From assembly GCF_006345805.1 (NCBI RefSeq), contig NC_043014.1, forward strand, positions 6,634,001 to 6,698,000: a stretch of 64,000 bases of DNA. Direction: 5' to 3'. The stretch's first letter is position 1; each line of letters opens with the position of its first letter. The notes beneath the pieces were generated by a model. It was not told the DNA's origin. It saw nothing but the letters and a program-made list of their open reading frames with translations, and searched no databases. Shown here piece after piece: positions 59,453 to 64,000 of this stretch. Source of the DNA: Octopus sinensis. Its lineage: Eukaryota. A program made the position numbers and the translations under genes.

Positions 59453-61670
59453 GCGTGTGTGTGTGTATGTTTGTGTTTGTCCCCCTAGCATTGCTTGACA
59501 ACCGATGCTGGTGTGTTTACGTCCCCGTCACTTAGCGGTTCGGCAAAAGGGACCGATAGAATAAGTACTGGGCTTACAAAGAATAAGTCCTGGGGTCGAT
59601 TTGCTCGACTAAATGCGGTGCTCCAGCATGGCCGCAGTCAAATGACTGAAACAAGTAAAAGAGTAAAAGAGTAAAATATGATGGAAGCTGTGTGTAAGTA
59701 GCTTGCTTACCAACCACATGGTTCCGGGTTCAGTCCTACTGCGTGGCATCTTGGGCAAGTGTCTTCCGCTATAGCCCCGGGCCGACCAATGCCTTGTGAG
59801 TGGATTTGGTAGACGGAAACTGAAAGAAGCCTGTCGTATATATGTATATATATATATATATATATAATATATATATATATTATATATATATATGCGTGTG
59901 TGTTTGTGTGTCTGTGTTTGTCCCCCTAGCATTGCTTGACAACCGATGCTGGTGTGTTTACGTCCCCGTCACCTAGCGGTTCGGCAAAAGGGACCGATAG
60001 AATAAGTACTGGGCTTACAAAGAATAAGTCCTGGAGTCGATTTGCTCGACTAAAGGCGGTGCTCCAGCATGGCCGCAGTCAAATGACTGAAACAAGTAAA
60101 AGAGTAAAAGAGTAAAATATGATGGAAGCTGTGTGGTAAGTAGCTTGTTTACCAACCACATGCATCCGCGTTCGGTCCCACTGCGTAGAAACTTGGGCAA
60201 TTGTCTTCTACTATTAGCCCCAAGCCAACCAAAGCCTTGTGAGTGGATCTGGTAGACAGAAACTGAAAGAAGCTCGTCGTATGTGTGTGTGTGTGTGTGT
60301 GTGCATGTATGTCTTTGTGGTTGTCACTCAGACTTAGCGGTTCGGCAAAAGAGACCGATAGAATAAGTACGAGTCTTTAAAGAAAGAAGTACTGGGGTCA
60401 ATGTATTCAACTGTAAATTCTTCAAGGCGGTGCCCCAGCAGGGTCGCAGTCTATTGATTGAAGCAAGTAAAAGGTAAAAGATAAATCGATAACATATGAT
60501 CAATGGTGAATGAAGTAATGGAACACACACACACACATATATATATACGACAGGCTTCTTTCAGTTTCCGTCTACCAAATCCACTCACAAGGCATTGGTC
60601 GGCCCGGGGCTATAGTAGAAGGCATTTGCCCAAGATGCCACGCAGTGGGACTGAACCCGGAACCGTGTGGTTTGGTAAGCAAGCTACTTACCACACAGCC
60701 ACTCCTGCGTACTATTTTTTAGATTTATAGATTGTGACTGACTTGTCTGCAAATAGACCAATTATATACATGTATTTATACCTACAAGAATAGGTGGTGG
60801 ACTCTCTTATCAGAAAAAGATACAGATTTTGCAGCTTCTCGGTGAAAATCCAGCAAAGTTGATTTGTTTAGAATGATCAGTTGTTTGGACAGTACATTAG
60901 CTCACTTCCACCATCGAATTGGCATTGCGTTTACAGGTGCGTATGTGTGCCAACTGTCAAGTGTCGACTGTGCAATCGTGAGTGCAGTATCCTACCCAAT
61001 AAGCCAAGCACCTTCACAGCGGTTGGTACAGGTTATGCAATGCAATGGACGGAATGCTTAGCGGTATTTCGTCTGCCGCTGCGTTCTAAGTTCAAATTCC
61101 GCCGAGGTCGACTTTGCCTTTCATCCTTTCGGGGTCGATTAAATAAGTACCAGTTATGCACTGGGGTCGATATAATCGACTTAATCTGTTTGTCTGTCCT
61201 TGTTTGTCCCCTCTGTGTTTAGCCCCTTGTGGGTAGTAAAGAAATATGCTATACAATGCAATAGAAATTTATATAGGGTCAAAGGGCCACTATCTGACTG
61301 GGGTAACCCAAAACCAAGGTAACGTAGTGGACAAAGGCAAAAACAACAGCAGGAATTTTCATTCAGTTTGTAGGATGACCAAAGCTGAACTAAATGAAAG
61401 CTAATTATGTTTTTAATTAGCTAAAAACCAAAACACGAACCAAACATGGAATTAGAACAAATAAGGAATGAACTTGAGTTGAAACCTTAATAAAGGCGCA
61501 GGTGTAGCTGTGTGGTAGAACATTTGCTTCCCAACCACGTGGTTCTAGGTTCAGTCCCACTGCGTGGCACCTTGGGCAAGTGTTTTCTACTATAACCTCG
61601 GGCCAACCAAGGCCTTGTGAGTGGATCTGGTAGACGGAAACTGAAAGAAGCCCGTCGTATGTATATGTGG

Positions 61671-61706
<36 letters not shown>

Positions 61707-62004
61707 TACGAGGACGTAAACACACTAACCCCGGTTGTCAGGCAGTGATGGTGGGGAGGGGACAACCACAGCCACAAACACACACACACACACACATATA
61801 CATATATATATATATAAATAGGTGAATGAATTATCCTATGATTGCATAATGCACCCTTTATTCCTTTGGAATGAAAACATGTTGTCTTCGAAACATATGT
61901 CGAGAGTAAAGGAATTTTGTTAACATCTTCGTTCGACTCCATTCTTTCATTTATCCATATATAATATATATATATATATATATATAGATATATATATATA
62001 TCTG

Positions 62005-63700
62005 CAGCGGTGGGCACAGTTAACCAGAAAGTTAGCTTCGCGAACCGCTAATCCGCTAACTAAAAGGGTCAACTCCGCAAACGCTAAAACCGCTAAGCAG
62101 GTGGAAAAAATTAGCGAAAGGTAACGCTAACTAATAACCGCTAAATTCTACGATTCGAACTTAGACTCAGGTTGTTTTTTTGTTTTTTGTTTTTGTTTTT
62201 TTAGCTCTAAACCCCCTAAAAACAGACCTAGAGATCTTAAATTTTCATGTTGTAGCTTAGACATAGAGCTTTCCAAAAAGGTGTAGCATGCCAAGATCAG
62301 ATGATGATTAAGGTGTACGCAAATAATTAAGTGGACAAATGAAATTAAAGATTAGTTCTTCAGTCAACATACATTTTATTTACTGTACAAAAAGTATTAA
62401 GCAAATCAAAAAGGTACAGTATAACATAGGGACCATACTAAAATCAGATGATGATCAACGTGTACTGCTCTGGCTGGGCCTTCTCCATCGCTTCGATGTG
62501 ATGCTGGTTGCCCTTCATAAACATTAGTCTCTCAAAGTTATCATCTGACAGGGCGGCTCTCTTGGCTCTCAAAATATCTTTGCGTATAGAGCAGTGGTTT
62601 TCAACCAGGGTTCCGCCAGTACAGTCCAGGGGTTCCGCAAGAAGTTACAAAACTGCTAAAATCGGCAGTAATTTTTAATTCTCCTGTGCAGATATGTGTG
62701 CATAAGACAATTCAATTATTGCACAGGGGTTCCTCGAGCCAGTGGAATGTTTCCTTGGGGTTCCGCTCCAGCAAAAAGGTTGAAAAGCACTGCTATAGAG
62801 AATAGGCGCTCAAGTGCAGTACTGGATGGTATGACGATATTATACTTGGAGAACAGGTTGATCAAGACCTGTTCACCCAAAAAGGCAACTTCAGTCAGGA
62901 TCTCCTTCGAGACGTCCTCCAGCTAGGTCTTCACCAAGTTATGCACCTTGGATTTCAGTGACTTGTGGTTCCTGCTCTCCCGGAACAGAATGATGTTGCT
63001 GAAGAAATCATCTTCCTCATTGCTGGTGGTGCGGCTGCTCTCCTCATTGGTCTCCGTTAGAGCTGTCTCTGCGAGATGGTCTCCATGGCGTTCGTTACTC
63101 TGCTGACCTGGCTGTTATTATACTGCTCCAGCCTGAACAGGCGAAACTTAGGGTGGAAAGCAGCGACCAGCTGGTACTCCAAGTCTTCTAGGAGGAGCCC
63201 AAACCTTTTCGTGATGCCTTCCATTATCGCGTCTACTAGAGGACTGCAGTACATATGTCTTAACTTGGTTTCCTTCAACTTCCTGATGGTATCCGCAACA
63301 GTTGGCAGAAGGTTCCCAAGATAGGCCTGGTCCTCCCATTGGATTTTATCCAAGGCCTTGGCAACATTAGACATCACCAGGGCGTACTCCGTCAAGAAGC
63401 CGACATCAGAATCAGTGAAGGTCTGCAGCTTCAGCTGTGTCATCACCCTGGGGACACCTCCCCAATTCTTCTCCAGCAGGTTGTTGAGGACAACAACAGA
63501 GATATAGTTAGAGTTCCATCTGGTACTGTTGGGGACCACCAGCTTCCTCTTCGACGCGTCCAGAATGCTGTCTGCCACCACTGTGGTGCGGTTCTGAAGA
63601 TTCCACAGCCGCTGTGCCTCGGACATGGCCTTCCCGTAAGCCGACTTGAACGAAGCGCTGTCAAGAGATTTGTCGACATCCACGCTGACTACCAAGCTGA
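62005..63700 (-). pseudogene. hAT transposase relic with its 3' terminus
   Basis: LVVPNSTRWNS (RNase H fold), LVAAFHPKF, IPSSTALERLFS..KRAALSDDNFERLMFMK (C-terminal dimerisation region) with frameshifts; terminus cagcggtgggcac at 62005 with repeated accgctaa subterminal motifs. Confidence 0.88.
62592..62792. mobile_element. hAT (Charlie-like) MITE, 201 bp
   Basis: Termini CAGTGGTTTTCAACC / GGTTGAAAAGCACTG; 8-bp duplication gtatagag / ctatagag (7 of 8 match). Confidence 0.88.
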
Positions 63701-64000
63701 AGGTATATGTAGATATGTACGCGCGCCCTCTGCCAAATTGCCAAATTCACTCACAAGGCATTGTGAGAGAATTTGACAGACGACCCGGCTATAATAGAAA
63801 ACACTTGCTCAAGGTGACTCACAAAGAATTGTAACTTAAAATTGAAAATATATGTGGTGTGTGTGCACCCACCAAATCTTTTTGGTTTCGTTTCGTTTCT
63901 TTTGTGTTAAATTCCTATATAATCGCAACCTATAACATTTTAAAGGTGTATGTAGCAGATTTCCTTCGAAAATATTCGTCTTTTCTGAAAGTTATGAGGA

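Noticed and set aside
60938-60978. Orphan plus-strand exon (tttacag|GTGCGTATGTGTGC...AATC|gtgagt; AYVCQLSSVDCAI)
   Set aside because: Splice signals are plausible, but there is no partner exon or recognisable domain, so it cannot be supported.

Overview
Eukaryotic, AT-rich, microsatellite- and SINE-saturated DNA. The SINE families and (TA)n/(CA)n/(GATA)n load suggest a coleoid cephalopod, probably Octopus (inference). Two spliced protein-coding genes lie head-to-head around a 100-N gap (43496-43595). (1) Minus strand, 13 exons from 31439 down to 2848, all GT-AG and phase-compatible: DEP domain + low-complexity/coiled-coil region + one short polyproline + a divergent FMN/cappuccino-like FH2 domain. 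The dimerisation motifs are kept but the canonical actin-contact Ile and Lys appear substituted. This candidate DEP-containing pseudo-formin is the most interesting object in the window. (2) Plus strand, last 4 exons (45360-52677) of an SLC34 (NaPi-II) sodium-phosphate cotransporter. The rest is transposon-derived: tRNA-derived SINEs (at least 3 families), RTE, CR1/L2 and R4-like LINE fragments, non-autonomous Helitrons, mariner/piggyBac/hAT elements and MITEs, long foldbacks, Penelope-like termini and simple repeats. All alignments were made by eye from recalled family motifs; no database search was run.
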